From Bugula neritina (Eukaryota > Animalia > Bryozoa), in NCBI GenBank assembly GCA_964035545.1, contig OZ037769.1, positions 12,678,633-12,742,632 on the forward strand: DNA of 64,000 nt. The letters are read 5' to 3'. Below are positions 24,961 through 39,481 of the stretch, piece after piece. A program made the position numbers and the translations under genes. Every line of letters begins with the position of its first letter. The first letter of the stretch is position 1. A model generated the notes under the pieces. The model worked only from the letters and a program-made list of their open reading frames with translations. It searched no databases and was not told the DNA's origin.

Positions 24961-27900
24961 CCATGCAAACCATGCTTGAAACTTGCAGTAATATTGAGAA
25001 AATGCAAGAAGTGCCCCAAAATCAATAGAAATTAATTTCTCAGCACATTTTTCTAAATGTTAAGTTTTTGCTATATTATCTAAAATATGACAAAAAACTG
25101 TTTTTGCTGAAAGCAGAATAAATTGAATAAAATAAACTATCCCAGCAAGCTATTTTTAGATCAAAAGTTAGAACAGCACTAGCAGCGTAGCATCAGCATG
25201 TGTAGCAATGGTGCTGTTTAAGAATTATTATTTTAACAAGAAAAAAAAGCATTTTGTTTCTGGTGGGCACTTGTAATGGTATGCGTGATGGTGTGTGACA
25301 GGGTGGTGCTGACTTGTAATGTATTACATGCTGATTTATTTGGTACAACTACTATGAATATAAAATGATAATAACACTTTGGAATCTAGCAACTAACTGA
25401 CTGTTTAGCAATAACTACACAAGCATGATATATAGATGCTGACTATGACAATAATAAGAAAATGCATGATTCACGTAGAAGTCATATATCTACTAATTAT
25501 ATAGCTAATAAGACATGAACTCTATTTGACATAACATCACTTTAAGTTGGAATTGTTATGCACATTATTCTAAAGCTTTTTTTAGATACTAGTAATAAAA
25601 ATAGCTAATACAAAGTTCTGGTTGTTGTGTATTCACTCATCTAGACTGTTTTTACCAAATTAAAATTTCTAGTTTTTAAATTGTAAATAGAAAACCAGCA
25701 GCTTGTTATTTAACAAGCCAAGCTGCATGGCTTTGTTGAAGCTGTTTCGTTGTATTGATACCTTTTACCATTATTATCGCTATTTGATAGGCAACCAACA
25801 GTTCAGTTTTGCTCAGTTATACAATACAGATGTACGTGCAGTTTAAGAATGCAAGCTAGTCAACAGAATTTATATTCATTATACTCTTATATAATCATAT
25901 AATCATACAGGCCACTTTCCACAAATAGTGCATTAGCTTTCTATTGTATGGTATATTATCAAGGACTTACAGTAGACTATTGAAGTTTCATCAACACATG
26001 AAGAGAAGACAATTTACAGATACTTCTTTGAAATGATCCTCTTGTATAATCTAAAATCTACTCTCTAAAAAATGGCTGCACCGAAAATGAAATAAAACCA
26101 ACTATATTGCATTATATTAAACCAGTACTCTTTAAAATTAAACCTGAACACATAATTATGCATTCAGATGCTAGCTATCACTTTACTAGTTTGTTAGAAG
26201 CATGCAGGTGTGACTAGTGAGTGATGCCAACCAAAACAAAAATAATATAGTCATATATATTGTGTCTATATATTGTCTATTAGTTATTTATTTAAGAAAT
26301 TCATATATAACATCAAATAAAACAAGTTGACATAAAAACCTTGAATTATTATGAACAGAACTTTGACAGAATAATAATTTGCACTGGAATTAGGCTTTTC
26401 TGTAACTTGAGGTCAAATCAATACAATAATATGCTGCCTTTAATATGTATTACACATAAAATATGCATAATATGATGAAGCGTCAATAGCAAAGTATGCA
26501 GTAACTCAAATTTTGTGGAAAGAATTCAAACTTATAAATATTGAGACTTGTGACTTTGCAAGTTCTAGCAATTATAGTTTCTATACATCCTACATGCATG
26601 TTATTTTATTGATATTTGCTACACTCTTACTGACAAGCCATTGTCTATTGTTATGTAATCAATGATTAAAGGATCAAAGAGCTGTTTATAGCTAATTTGT
26701 CTACGTGCTACTTAATATTATAAGGGACTAATAGCTAATGAGTACCCATGCGCATGACTTTCTGTTGTTTCTAGTTGTTCTACTGGAAAATATGAAATCA
26801 GATAATGAAGTCTGATAATCTGTCTGCCCATCACTATAATATATTATGCTCTTTGAGATTGTCATTTGAAAACCCAACACCTTCTACCCAGAGCTAGCAT
26901 GTGACCTAAGCTTGATGGAAATAAACAAAATACTTGTGCAAAATGAGAAGGAATTATATTTCACTGTAGTATTAAAAAGCAATTAAGAAGTTTAATTTAG
27001 TTTTCCAGTGATAAAAAAGACAACTCCCCTTTAAAGAGAGCTTTTTTATGATAATGGTTCAATATTGATGATCAACATAACGTATAGCAGCACCAAAATC
27101 TTAAGCTTCTTCTGCATTTGTCAAGATAATCTTACACCTACGAGTTGTATCACGTATAACCTATATAGACTGTGCTAGAAGCCGTACATTATACACCATA
27201 ATAATATATGCTGCATATGTCTATTTATTAATAACATCTTAATGGAATGTTTTGGTACAAGCAATCATTAGCTGTTTTGATAAGGCACATTTAAAATTTT
27301 TATAACATTACTTGACGCATGAAAAAGATTTTGGCAGACTATTTTATTATTTTGTTTGTCAATTTATTTTTCAAACAGCTGCACCAAACAAAGTAGAGTA
27401 CTTTGGCCGCTAGTGGTTTATTCAATTCAAGATTTATTGTCACATTTTCTACGACTATAGTGTAAGTGTCCACACAGCCAATGAGGTGAATAAAGGTTTA
27501 TAAGCCTATAAATAGCTAGTAGCAAGTACACTACAGCATACAGAGCAATATGTAAGTTAATTTCTGAGAGTTGATGGAGGGAAAGGAAGTGAATGTAACA
27601 ATCTAACAATTGTTGCAGCATAATAAATGCAGTTTTGAAGCTATTGCCAAACGCTATACTGCTTCCGATATTTTTTGCACTGCACATTTCAAGTATGAAT
27701 TATCACATAAATTTAATTTATATTCATATGCATTGTTCAAGTAATTTTCCAAAAAAACTTTTGGTTTACAGAAAATATCACTATTGTGTTGTAAACATGA
27801 GATTGTCTATTAATAATATAAGATACACCTATTCATATGAAATGAGAAGACAACTTTAGTTTGTGACACTAGTTCAAACTAGATTTGCATAATTCTTTTC

Positions 27901-29453
27901 ACATAACTATATATCTATCAAATATATATTATATGGAAACATGCATTCATGCAAAATTCAAATTATTTCTATAAAAAACTTTGCTAGTTTCACTACAAAA
28001 ATTGAAAACTTCGCTTTGATTTACAAGTTAGTAAATGTGTATATACAGTATGTTATTTATTTATTTAGAGGTGCAGTGCTAGCTTAGACCTATTAGGAAA
28101 TACCGGGCTGTTTTTTGGGGCTTAAGTTAATAATGAGGAAAATGTCCTTGTTGATTCACTAAATTTAAACTAATAGGTTATAGCTGAAACTAGTGATTAT
28201 TTAATAAATAAATATCAACATGCAATTATAGTCTTAGAAGATAAAAATAAAATAAAACTGTGAATATTTGGCAAAACTTAACAAGTTTTAAAATTAACAA
28301 CTTATAACTGTGAAGTAACAGTATAATGTAACAGATATAACATTACATTACATTATATAATAGCAGTATATAGCAACTAATTATTGCAGTATAATAAAAA
28401 ATTATGACAGCGTTAGCTATATTTCATTTATAAACACAAGCTGTATTTATATGTAATTACTACAAATTTAATGTAGTGCATATAATATATTATAATCAGT
28501 GATAATAATATTGCAAAATTGTTTCAACTCTCCAACAGTTTATAAAGGGCAAATCAAAAAAGAGCAAGAATATGCCATATGTATATTATATTTTTGATTA
28601 TATATCACACCAGTATAGTATGTACAATATTAAAATAAGATTGTTATGTAAAATATAATATGTAAAATAATATCAAAATATGCCTGTACACAGTAAACAT
28701 ATTATTCGCAATGTAAATTTTATAAAAAAACACAAAATTATTTCATAATTATACTATACTATTACTTTAGCTAAAAAGTCCTTCAAATATTATATTAAAA
28801 AGTATAGTACTATATATTAGAATATAATACACAATAATGGTGATCATAATAATTGAAAATGATTTAAAAAATACCAAATAAGCAAATATGTGCCCAGATA
28901 TTCTTGCACAACGCAGTAAAGAACATAAATGTAAAAGACATGTAATTAACAAGTTATCTTTCATAGAACTTCATTAGTATCGCTTTTTAAAAATATTAAT
29001 TGACAAACAATTCAAAATAAATAAATTTATGTTATTTATTTAACAATGCTGTAAAACTGCTTTTTGTGACTTTATAATATAGAACAGAACAGATAAATGC
29101 TAAACCAGATTTTTGAAGTGATATAATCACGAGTGCTCTTTCAAACTTGCCAATTAATTACTTATTTTTTTGCAGTATAATTACAGTTTTACCAGCAAAT
29201 ATATTTAAATACAATGCTATAACATGTATACCTTATTTGCAGCTGAATGCACACTGTTCTCAAAAACAGAACATTATAATGAAAGTGTCTCACTGTAGTA
29301 AAAAAACAATGTAGGTTTGAAAACTTCCAATTTTACATATTAAGACCCTATTTACATCCTTATCTGTAACTGGACAAAATTTAATGCTATCCGTTTGATT
29401 TTTAAGCATTTCAGCATATGATACAACTATGAGCTGCTTCGATTGGTAACTTC

Positions 29454-32400
29454 TCAGTAATAAACACTTTGGTCGCCATATTTGTTGGTATAGGTTGACA
29501 TAAACTCATTTGGGCTGGGTTTCAGTGAGCTGGAAGAATTTCCTGGTTTTAATTCCTTGCCAGTAAGGACTTTCAGTCCGGAGGGGTTGGTGCTGTACTT
29601 CACTTGTGGTACGGGCTCGGCGTGACTGATGTTTCGGTTCAACATGGGAGACATGGTGTTGTAACGAGAACTATTGCTGCCGTCAGCATTCTAAAGTAGA
29701 GAGCAAAGATTGTTTGACATTACTACTTAGCATTGTGGGAAAAGAGAGGCCATATATGGTAAAGTCTTGATCATGCACCTTCTTTCAATAATTCAATTTG
29801 ATTTGGGGACACAAATTTACTTAAAACAATATTTTATGTTAAATATGCAGAAAAAATAGAAAGCTTTTGATAGCTTGTAATATTAATCATTAAAACTACC
29901 TATAAAACAGCTAGATTAAAATTGTATGGTTTTCACCACGCTAGAGTGCTATGCTATAAGTACGGATAATTATGACTATTCTGCGCAATTTCAGAAACCG
30001 AAACGATTCAAATTATGGATACAAAGCTTAGTGCAAATGTTAGTTTACCTGTTTTTATAAATCTAAATAGAACTTTGGTATTGCTGAATTTTTCAACCAA
30101 TTAAAAAATGAATAAAGTGGAAACATACCAGGTGATTGAAATCGTTAGTTGGCAAGCTGTTAGGTGAACTGTTATTTCTACTCCGAGATCTATTAGATTT
30201 GACTTCTGCGTAAAGTGGATTGCTCACTTCTTCATTTACACCCAGAGTGTTTAGAGAAATGTGGTTACCAATAGGTTCTCTAAAATATATCCTTAAAATC
30301 TTTAAACATACATCAACCATTGCTATGTCCACAAAACTTACATCTTCTTGTTTGTAGTATTTCTGCTTAAATTACAATAGTAACTCGCAAGCCTGTAAGC
30401 ACCTGAAAGTTATTAGTTCATGAAAACATTACCAGTTATTGCTAGCTGTTGACACAGCAATAGTAGTCAACTAAATTAGTTTCTATGCTACATTATATAT
30501 CGACACACCGTACAGTTTATATTGGAATTATCCTCTCTTGCTTAACAAGCCAAAACAAAATTAATCAAACTCACCTTGACCTAGGCTTGCTCAACAAGTC
30601 AGTCTGATCGTGTGGCAGTGTAGGGGATGACTCATATCTTAGCCGAGCGGGCTTCATTGACAAATTTCCTGTCCTATAAAATCAAGTCCCATGAGATCTG
30701 AATAAGCTTACAGATGAATATTATTACTTTTAGTAAACTATTTAATTTTTTGATTAACAGTCAAACTCATGTTAGTTTAAAGTTTCCATCCCTGAGAGAA
30801 CCTATATATAGGAAGTGTCCGTGGTCTAGGGGTTAGAGCGTTCGCTTAGCAAACACGAAGTCATGGGTTCGAACCTCGACAAAAGCTATTGGTGGTGTTA
30901 GGTTAAGAGCATCCAGTCATGACTGTTCCTGTGGTCCATCTGAATAAGTCCCTAATTCGATTTAACAAAAACCCTTTCTATCAGAGGTTTCTCATAGGGA
31001 TAGTGACTATAAACTTGCGCAAGTTTTTTTATCTCTGAGAAAACCTTTGAGGATATTGGTTTTTAGGCGGATCTATAATGCCTTTTACAATGCTGGAAAA
31101 TGGTGAAAGGGCTTGTACTGTGACACAGGAGCAACTATATTCAGATGCTCTTTCTGAATAAACAAGTGACCTGGACTCAAATCCTGGTCACACTATAAGG
31201 TCTGAGGTCTAACCACTAGGCCACCACCATTGATTATCGCTATAGAGTATTTTCACTTGTGTTGGAGATTGCACAACTGCAAAGTAGAAAGACGTGTCAC
31301 TTACTTGACATCATAAAGGCCGTTCTGGGGGCTACTTTCAAAATCTCCCAATTCTCCGCCATCAACAAACAAGCCGCTGTCATTGCTACAGTGTGATGAC
31401 CCTTCGTTCTTCTTTGCTGACTTTTCTGGCAAAAGGTTAATCTTAGTCCGACTTAGCCTTTAAATAAAAGATCAAAATAATCATATTGATTTGATTAAAG
31501 CGACATAATTATGTTTAAATATGATTTTCAATAATATAATTCTATTAATTTGGTCACATGTGAGGTGCTTAAATTTGCTTAATTGAATTAGTTACTAATT
31601 ATTAAACCAAAGAAAAATTATGTCTTTAAAAAAATATTTCTCAAAAACAAATAGCATCTTTAAAATAAAGGCATATGCAAATTAAAATGATCATCTCAGA
31701 AGAAAGAGAAAACCAGGGAAAGAACATAAACAGAAGAAAATATACAAATGTCTTAGGTTAGTTTAGGTAAAAGACACTAAGAATGTAACATTTAAATTTT
31801 ATAATACAGAATGTTTACCTCCGTTTGCTATTTCTGTGAAAACATAAACCAACTGTCAGAACTATAAGAACTACTAGAGATATGGCAACTCCAAGGGCAA
31901 TGTACACGTACGTCATGTAACCTGGTAGAACACAAAACAACACTAATCTTAGGTTAGTGACATTTTCACTTCAAAATTTAACAAGCTTTTGTTGATTTAT
32001 TGTATATAGTTAAAATACAAATTTCAAATATTTCAAAATTTCAACTTTGAAAGGTCAATACTTAAACTAGTTACCGATACTTTGTTGTGTAGAGCCTAAC
32101 TCCTTTTCACATAGTGGAATACTCCACAGCCCTGATTTAGTGCATATAGACTGCACTGTATTCATTTTGTTTCCGGAAAGACATTCATAAGTAGAGATGT
32201 CATACAGACTCGTTCCGTTATGCAATAGGAGTATCGCATTGCTATAGTTTCCTGGTATACCACAGTCTATGATTTCTACAAACAGAAAGATACCAGATTT
32301 TGCATGAGATCTCATACTATAGACCATAGATAGGCTGCAGAATATTTACTGTCTAAAATGTTTGCTATAAATATGTGTTTTCCCCGAAATGGAAACTTGT

Positions 32401-35400
32401 TTTTATAGCATCACTGTTTTGTGTTGTAGTTATATTCAGAAGCTGTAAAGTTGAAACTAAAATTTCATGTAAAAACAAAGAGCTTATACATTAAAAAGCA
32501 GAACATGTATAAACAAGATATGCAAAAAGCAAACAGTCCTTGACTGTATTTTAGCAGTACATTGTTAGTGTTCTGATATTTTACTATATATAGCTGTTGT
32601 AATATGCTAAGCTTTACCTGAAGTTTGGTTTGTGCTTGATTTTTCTACAAAAACAAAATAGATCACAATATAATATTTGATGTCAAATTAAATATATTAA
32701 TTTATAGCAAGCTAAATTTTATTTTTAAAAAACTGCTTATGTAATCTATTTGATGACTTAACTTGCTATTTATTCTATTGCAGCACAAAACAAAGGCTAG
32801 TTACTTTATACCAATATACAATGTGTAGCAAAAAATTGTTCAATTTCTGGCATTCCTTTAGATTTCAAACAGGATGTTTGTTTTAGACTTTAGAGTTTAG
32901 AGTATAGAGCTATTCTCAGTTTGAATGCTTCAACAAGCTTAACTATAAAGACCTGCAGGAATAAATTACTAGTACTGATCTTCAATAACAGAAGTATAAC
33001 TTAAATTTAATTTAAAAGTTAGCAAGAATTTTACAAGTAAAAAGTATATATTATATTTTACATAAAACTTAATTAGCTATTTAATGCAAGACCTGCAATA
33101 CAGAGTGTTTATGATAATATATAGAGTATAATGCAGTGTTTCCTAATGGCTATCAAAATTGGCAATAAAAATGAAAGATCCTTTGCAAATAATGGCTTAT
33201 TAATCATAGGTTTTCAACAAGACAATAGAATATGACTTATGGCCAGCTGTGAAAACAAAAATAGGTAATCCTAAGAATGATGACCAAATTATGGTATCAA
33301 TTGTATAGCAATTCTACTCAAAAACAATTACATTGGTTAGATCTAAATAGAAAATTTACACAAATATACTTTAGTAGAAAGAAAACTAGAGTCAAGACAA
33401 TAGCTGTTGACCTATAAATTACTTTAGTGCATGTCTTTAATGTTGAGGTATGCATGAACAGCTTGAACAAAGCTGCTGCCTTCTAACTAGCGAAAATAAA
33501 ACACTTTTCTTCCCAAAAAGAGATCACAATCATACACAATCTAATATAGTTTTCTTTTGCTCCGACCAACTGCAGCGTGTTGAAAAATTTTTAATTTTAG
33601 ACTAGAATCATTTAATATTAATTCAGGTTATGCTTTTATGTTTTCATAACTGAAAATTTCTTTGCTTTATACAATACATAATTTTGGTTACACAACTAGA
33701 AACAAACTTGCAAAAAACGTGCAGGTGCAACGGGACTTTACATTTTGGTTCCTGCTATAATGATGTCATTTTGTGTTCATTCTATTTTTACAAAGCAGAT
33801 GCCAACACCTTCCAATGATAAAACAATGATGTACTAGCATAAATTCTGGATACCTATTGTAGGGAGTCATCAAACAACATATTATGGGGTTTACTAAAAG
33901 GGCAAATAGCAAATGGCAATCTCTAGCCAACAAAGATTGTATAACTCTTTGATGATCTACTGTTATACACCAAACTTAAGCTGTTGTTGGGCAAATTTAT
34001 GCATATGTTAGTTCAAGAGAGGTGTATGGTATTTTACTTTTCGAACTGGTATTAGACCAAAGATATAACTATCAAGGTCAATGATGTATGTGTTCTAGCT
34101 AAGCTGGTGTGTAGTAGGCCTAGTATAAAGTAAAGGTAGGCATTGTTATTATGCTGGTTATAAAGGGTTGTAACTCATTCATGCAAACAGAAATTTACAC
34201 CATTGAATATGGCACTCTACAGTAACTTTAACAACATAAATTTTCACCTCGCTTGCCCATATAATTAGAACCTTTTCATTTGAATTCTAGAATTTAGACT
34301 TATGAAAACCTGCTTAAAACAGCAATTACAATAACCCTTGGAGTAATTTTAAAAGTGTTGTCAAAAAGAAAGTATTTGAAGGACAAAAAAGAGCTAAAAT
34401 TCAAATTTCCTCTAATTATCTACAAATATTTTATAAGAAATAAGTTTATATTAATTCTATTAAGCATTAAAAGTAGAACAATTGAATTATTTTCAGATCA
34501 TTTGCTACACCTTTTTTTTCTAAAAGGATCTTATTGCTCGCTAGCTTGTAACAACCAATGAAACAGTTCACTAAACATTCAATTTTGTGGACTATTCTAT
34601 TTTTAGGATTATTTCATTTTTCAGTTAACTTACTGAAACACTGTGGCAGGCTAGACCAGGTGCCATTGATCTGACAGGTAATGCTGCTTTGTCCCTTTTC
34701 ATAGCCTTCCAAGCATACGTATGTGCGAGTAGTGTTTATAGCATCGTCATGGTTACCATCACAGTCAGTGCATGCAGATCCCGGAGAAGAGGGGAGGAGA
34801 TTCAGATGACACCTGTCAGCTGAAAACATACAGTCAAGTGGCTGTTGAGCTTTTCAAGTGTTTTAGGTATATATTAATTTTCTTTTGGTAACCATATTAT
34901 TATATACTTGAGATAGGATTCCATTAAAGTGTTAGTAGCTTAGATGTCTTCTGTTGATAAAATAAGTTTTAGCAAACGTTTTTAATCAAAATTGAACCAA
35001 TATAATGTGTCTTTAAACATAGAGAAAAAGTGTTGGTTGGAGTTGTCTGCTTAGTAAGCAATTCTAAATACTAGAATATAATATCGAGGAGCACCCGCTG
35101 GCAAAATTCACAGGAAATAAATCTTTAGAAACATGCTTTCACTTTAATCTTTTTAGTTTGAATGACAGGGCGTTTTACTTAATGTACCAACATGGTTTCA
35201 TAGCTATATTAAAGCTACCAGCTAAATTGCAATCCCTAGCAGAACAACCAAACATAAACAATTTTTGGCATGGCAAGCCTTAACCAAGCAGTTTTACTAA
35301 ATCGATGGCAGAGTTGTTGCGTAATGACAGGTTGGCAGAATGCTAGTGGTGCTGTATCATGCAGTCATGTGCATTGTTAAGGATGTGTTACCACTTATAT

Positions 35401-38400
35401 AGTGCAGTAAATTGAGTATTATCAGTTTAAAGTTAGCAGCATATATTATATAGATGCTGTTTAAATATACTAAAATTCTATAAATAATTTAATAATATAT
35501 GCATGATGTTTAAAATTTGAAATTGAGCAGTTATTATATAAATATCTGCTCACAACCTTATGCTTTAAGTAATGCTTTTAAATTTCAACTTATATATAAG
35601 GTTGTCACATTACATAAGATTTTTAAAGCATAACCCTAGGAACAGACTTACAGCTAATATTAATCTCGGCAATCGTTGATGCGTGGATTCTATTGTTACC
35701 TTACATAAACTTTCATATATGCAGCACGGGCGTATATGCGTGTACTCAACGAAAAACGTAACTTTTTCTCCAAGTAATATGCTACGAAAAATATTTGCCT
35801 AAGCTTTTCATGATGGCTTTGAACTCAACATTTCAATGAGTTGATGTCTTTCTTTTAGGAATGCTGGTATTTCTTGGGTACAATTTCTTGCAGCCATGCG
35901 TCTGTAAGAGTTGTGTAATCTATCAAACTGCCGAGTCAGCTGAAGACATGGGGACTAGGGTGGCTTATTGGCTGCCCTCATAACATAGCTTTTATAGGCA
36001 GCAGCAGCTATGCTTTGCTGTATGCTACGCTGAGCAACATCATACTATTGAAGATATTATAGTTATGCTACAGACTATTATTTATATACTAATTATCACA
36101 TGCATGGAACGGTAAATCATGTTCAATTAGGCTTGTTTGCAAAGTCCAAATACCATTACTATACCACTCATTTTATTCAGAGACTAGTTTTACTGTATTT
36201 TGCAAGAGTGTTGATATCTACTGTATGCACTCTTATAACTTTATATATAGTGGGTTGTTTATTTATGATCACAACCACAGCATGGAAAATAACAGCACAA
36301 GGAAAACAGTTCTGCTAGTTCATACACAAAGAGTGTTGCAATATATACTCAAAAGCATCTGATACTGAACTATATTATTGTAAAAAGTTTATGAACAGCC
36401 TAGAACATTCCAAGTGTCTAGAATCTAGAGTTTAGAAGATACTAAAAAGTTTGCAATAAACTGCGATTTTCTTTCTTACTACTCAGTTAACTGTGTTGGT
36501 GTGGGAGACTGTTCAAATTGTGTAGGCAGATGATTTAAGGTCATAACTGTCAGTTCAAAGATCTAAGTGCAGTCAGACAAAGTGATGGTCGCACGTGGGA
36601 TTCAGGATGTTTTGCAACTCTCAATTTATTTGTTTGGGGATTTCATTGGAGCCAGCATAAAACCTCGTCACAGGAAAGCAGTAGTGAGTAATCATTTCTA
36701 ATTTATATGCCTATGGTTTTTATAGTAACTGCTGTGTATTTTTACAGTTAGGTTCTACCTTTATAATGTGTTTGTTTAGAGCAGTTATTGGAATTAGAAA
36801 GTCTAGGATGAGTCATTAAATGACGGCTGCAGCTGCTGAGCAGAGATTTTTCATTGTGAAATCAAAGAAACTGATTTCATAACAGTGACAGCTTTCACAG
36901 CTCTTATACTTAGTTTCTAGTGCTTTAGAAATTTATTAGGAAACCCCATTGCAAGGGTTCAGACTAACATCATTATTTGCAATAAGTAAAACACAGTCTA
37001 CTTTCTGTGAGTAAAATAAGTTAGCAAAACTGAAACATTTTGTAACCTACTCCTAATAAGATGAAGTGACTAAATTTACTATGTTTACTAAAACTTTAGA
37101 ATAAACTTTGATATCAATTCAAGCTACTTAGCTTGCATTTTAAAAGAACTCACCTTGACATACCGGCATTGGTGACCAAGTCCCATCTTCTCTACATGTT
37201 ACTAATGGATCCCCGATTAACTTGAAACCGTAGTTACAGGTGAAGTTCCATTTGGAGCCATAGACTTGGTTCTCTCCAGGTGTTGGGCTGTAGGGAGAGC
37301 TCGTGATGTCATACTTAGCATTGGCCACATTCGGCTGGTTCATACATCGAGTAACTAAAAATAAGTTTATCAATGTATTGTCATAAGTATTATTCAACGA
37401 TTTAGTTTACAGTAAGCTTACTGCCTATAAAAAGTGGTTGAGTGTTGGGCAAGCATAATGTGATAATCGTAAAAAACTTTTAGTGGAAAGAATTTTGGTA
37501 AGACATTAGGCTAACAGTCTCTGTGCTTGAATACTACTGACAAGAGAGGCAATAGCTGTCACATTTTATTTCTAGCTTATTATTATCGATTAAACTGCAT
37601 AACTAGAGAGCATAGAAGTTATAAGGCTTGTGTGAAAGATTTGCCTCCAACAGGAATTGAACAGCAGACCTCAAACTTGCAAACTGGTATGCTAATCATT
37701 ACACTGTGGGGGCTACAAACTAGTTAGGGACATTCTGTTACACACCCCATCTGCCTTCTATGGCTACCAGAGGGCCATCTTAACATGATTATATAAACTT
37801 GAAAAGAAATTTAAGGAACTAACTTTCACAGGCTGGTGCACTAGACCAAGATCCACTAGCAAGGCATGTAAGGACACTGGGACCATTTATCTGAAAGCCT
37901 CTGGCACATTTGACAGTACGAGTAGATTCAAATAAGATCCCATCTCCATCAAGAGTAGCCTCTCCTTGAATAGCTGGAGGTTCTCCACAACTCTTCTCTG
38001 TCAAAACATTTTTGACATCAGAATAATGTATTGATGGTAAATCTATTTATTAAAAGTTTACTCTCTTTAGAAACAGAAGGAAGCAATGAGTGTTGGTCAA
38101 TCACAGCAAACTGAAAAATGGCTGACATGCATTAATGGGCAAAAAAGGTTATCTGGAAAAATTGTCAAGTTCATTTCAAAAAAGTTATTGCAGAAAGTTC
38201 CTCATTGTTACAGAAGCTGTTATACTCCATCTTTACTCACTGGTACAGTTTGGAGAAAAACCTTCAAATACTGAGCCTTGGCCATGAATCCCAAGACAGG
38301 TACGGTTTCTGTAGCCAAGAGAAGTGAACTCATATCCCGGGTCACATCTGTAAGAGATTTGGTCTCCTTCTTTGTACGGATCATCTATGTTATATGGACT

Positions 38401-39426
38401 GAAATCACCATTCTCTATATCCGGTGGTCTGGAGCACTTTATTTCTGGAAAAAGCAACAAATTATGCATAGAATATATATTACTATATAAATACATAAAT
38501 TTAGCTTAAAAATATTTCAGAGTTTGACTTCAACATACTTTGCTTGGACTTCCTAAGCATGTAAGTGGTTTCATAATGTAAAGAACAGGTATAAAACGCT
38601 GCCTGACTAATTATCTTCAAATATCTTTGTATCTGGAGGCAGTTCGGCACTTTGTGGTTTGACATTACCATTTGATGGGTTGTGCAGAAAAGAAGCATAA
38701 AGTGGCCAACTATGCCAAACTTTGTATTCTAACTTGTGCAACTTGTTACTAGTGTCAGTAGGTCAGTAGTGTTATTAGTGACAATGCTAATAGCACAGTG
38801 CTAGTATATAGTGACAGTAGTATTAGTATGTAATATTAGTAGTGTTATAGTATGTAGTGTTGGTACTTGGTAGTGTATTAAATTTTATGTTATTATGATA
38901 TTAGGTGTTCAGCACCCAACTTCTAGAACAATACTTACTAAAAATATACTACATAGAGTGATACAAATGCCTGCTTGTCCACTTGCCCACGTGTGTGAGT
39001 TACGTGCATATGCAAATTAGAAAAAACAACAAAAATATAAATATATTTGTGCAAACTTTTTTGTAACTGTGTGCATATTTACTAATTTATAATCATCAGA
39101 AAAGTCATGAATAATCATAGTAACTCACTTGAACAGCCAACCCCTTCTTCTCGCCAACTTCCTATCCAATTCTCACTATCTGCAGTTATCAAACATTCAT
39201 TTTCTATGAAGGTGTAGTTTTGTTTTATCATGTAGCCCTCACGACACTGGACTCTAACAACATAAGAAGGGTCGGTGGTAGGGTCACCTCTCACTAGTGT
39301 GGTCGACAGTTTGTTCTTCTTATTGGGGTTCGAAGACAGAGTTCTGGTTGAGCAACCTTTTGCTGAAAAATATTAAGGATACAATGAAGAGCCAGCTCTA
39401 TAATTATTGATTATATATATTATATA

Positions 39427-39481
<55 letters not shown>

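Noticed and set aside
36478-36563. Extra exon of the Sushi receptor
   Set aside because: It has AG/GT-like ends, but the phase required by the flanking phase-1 introns gives an immediate stop.
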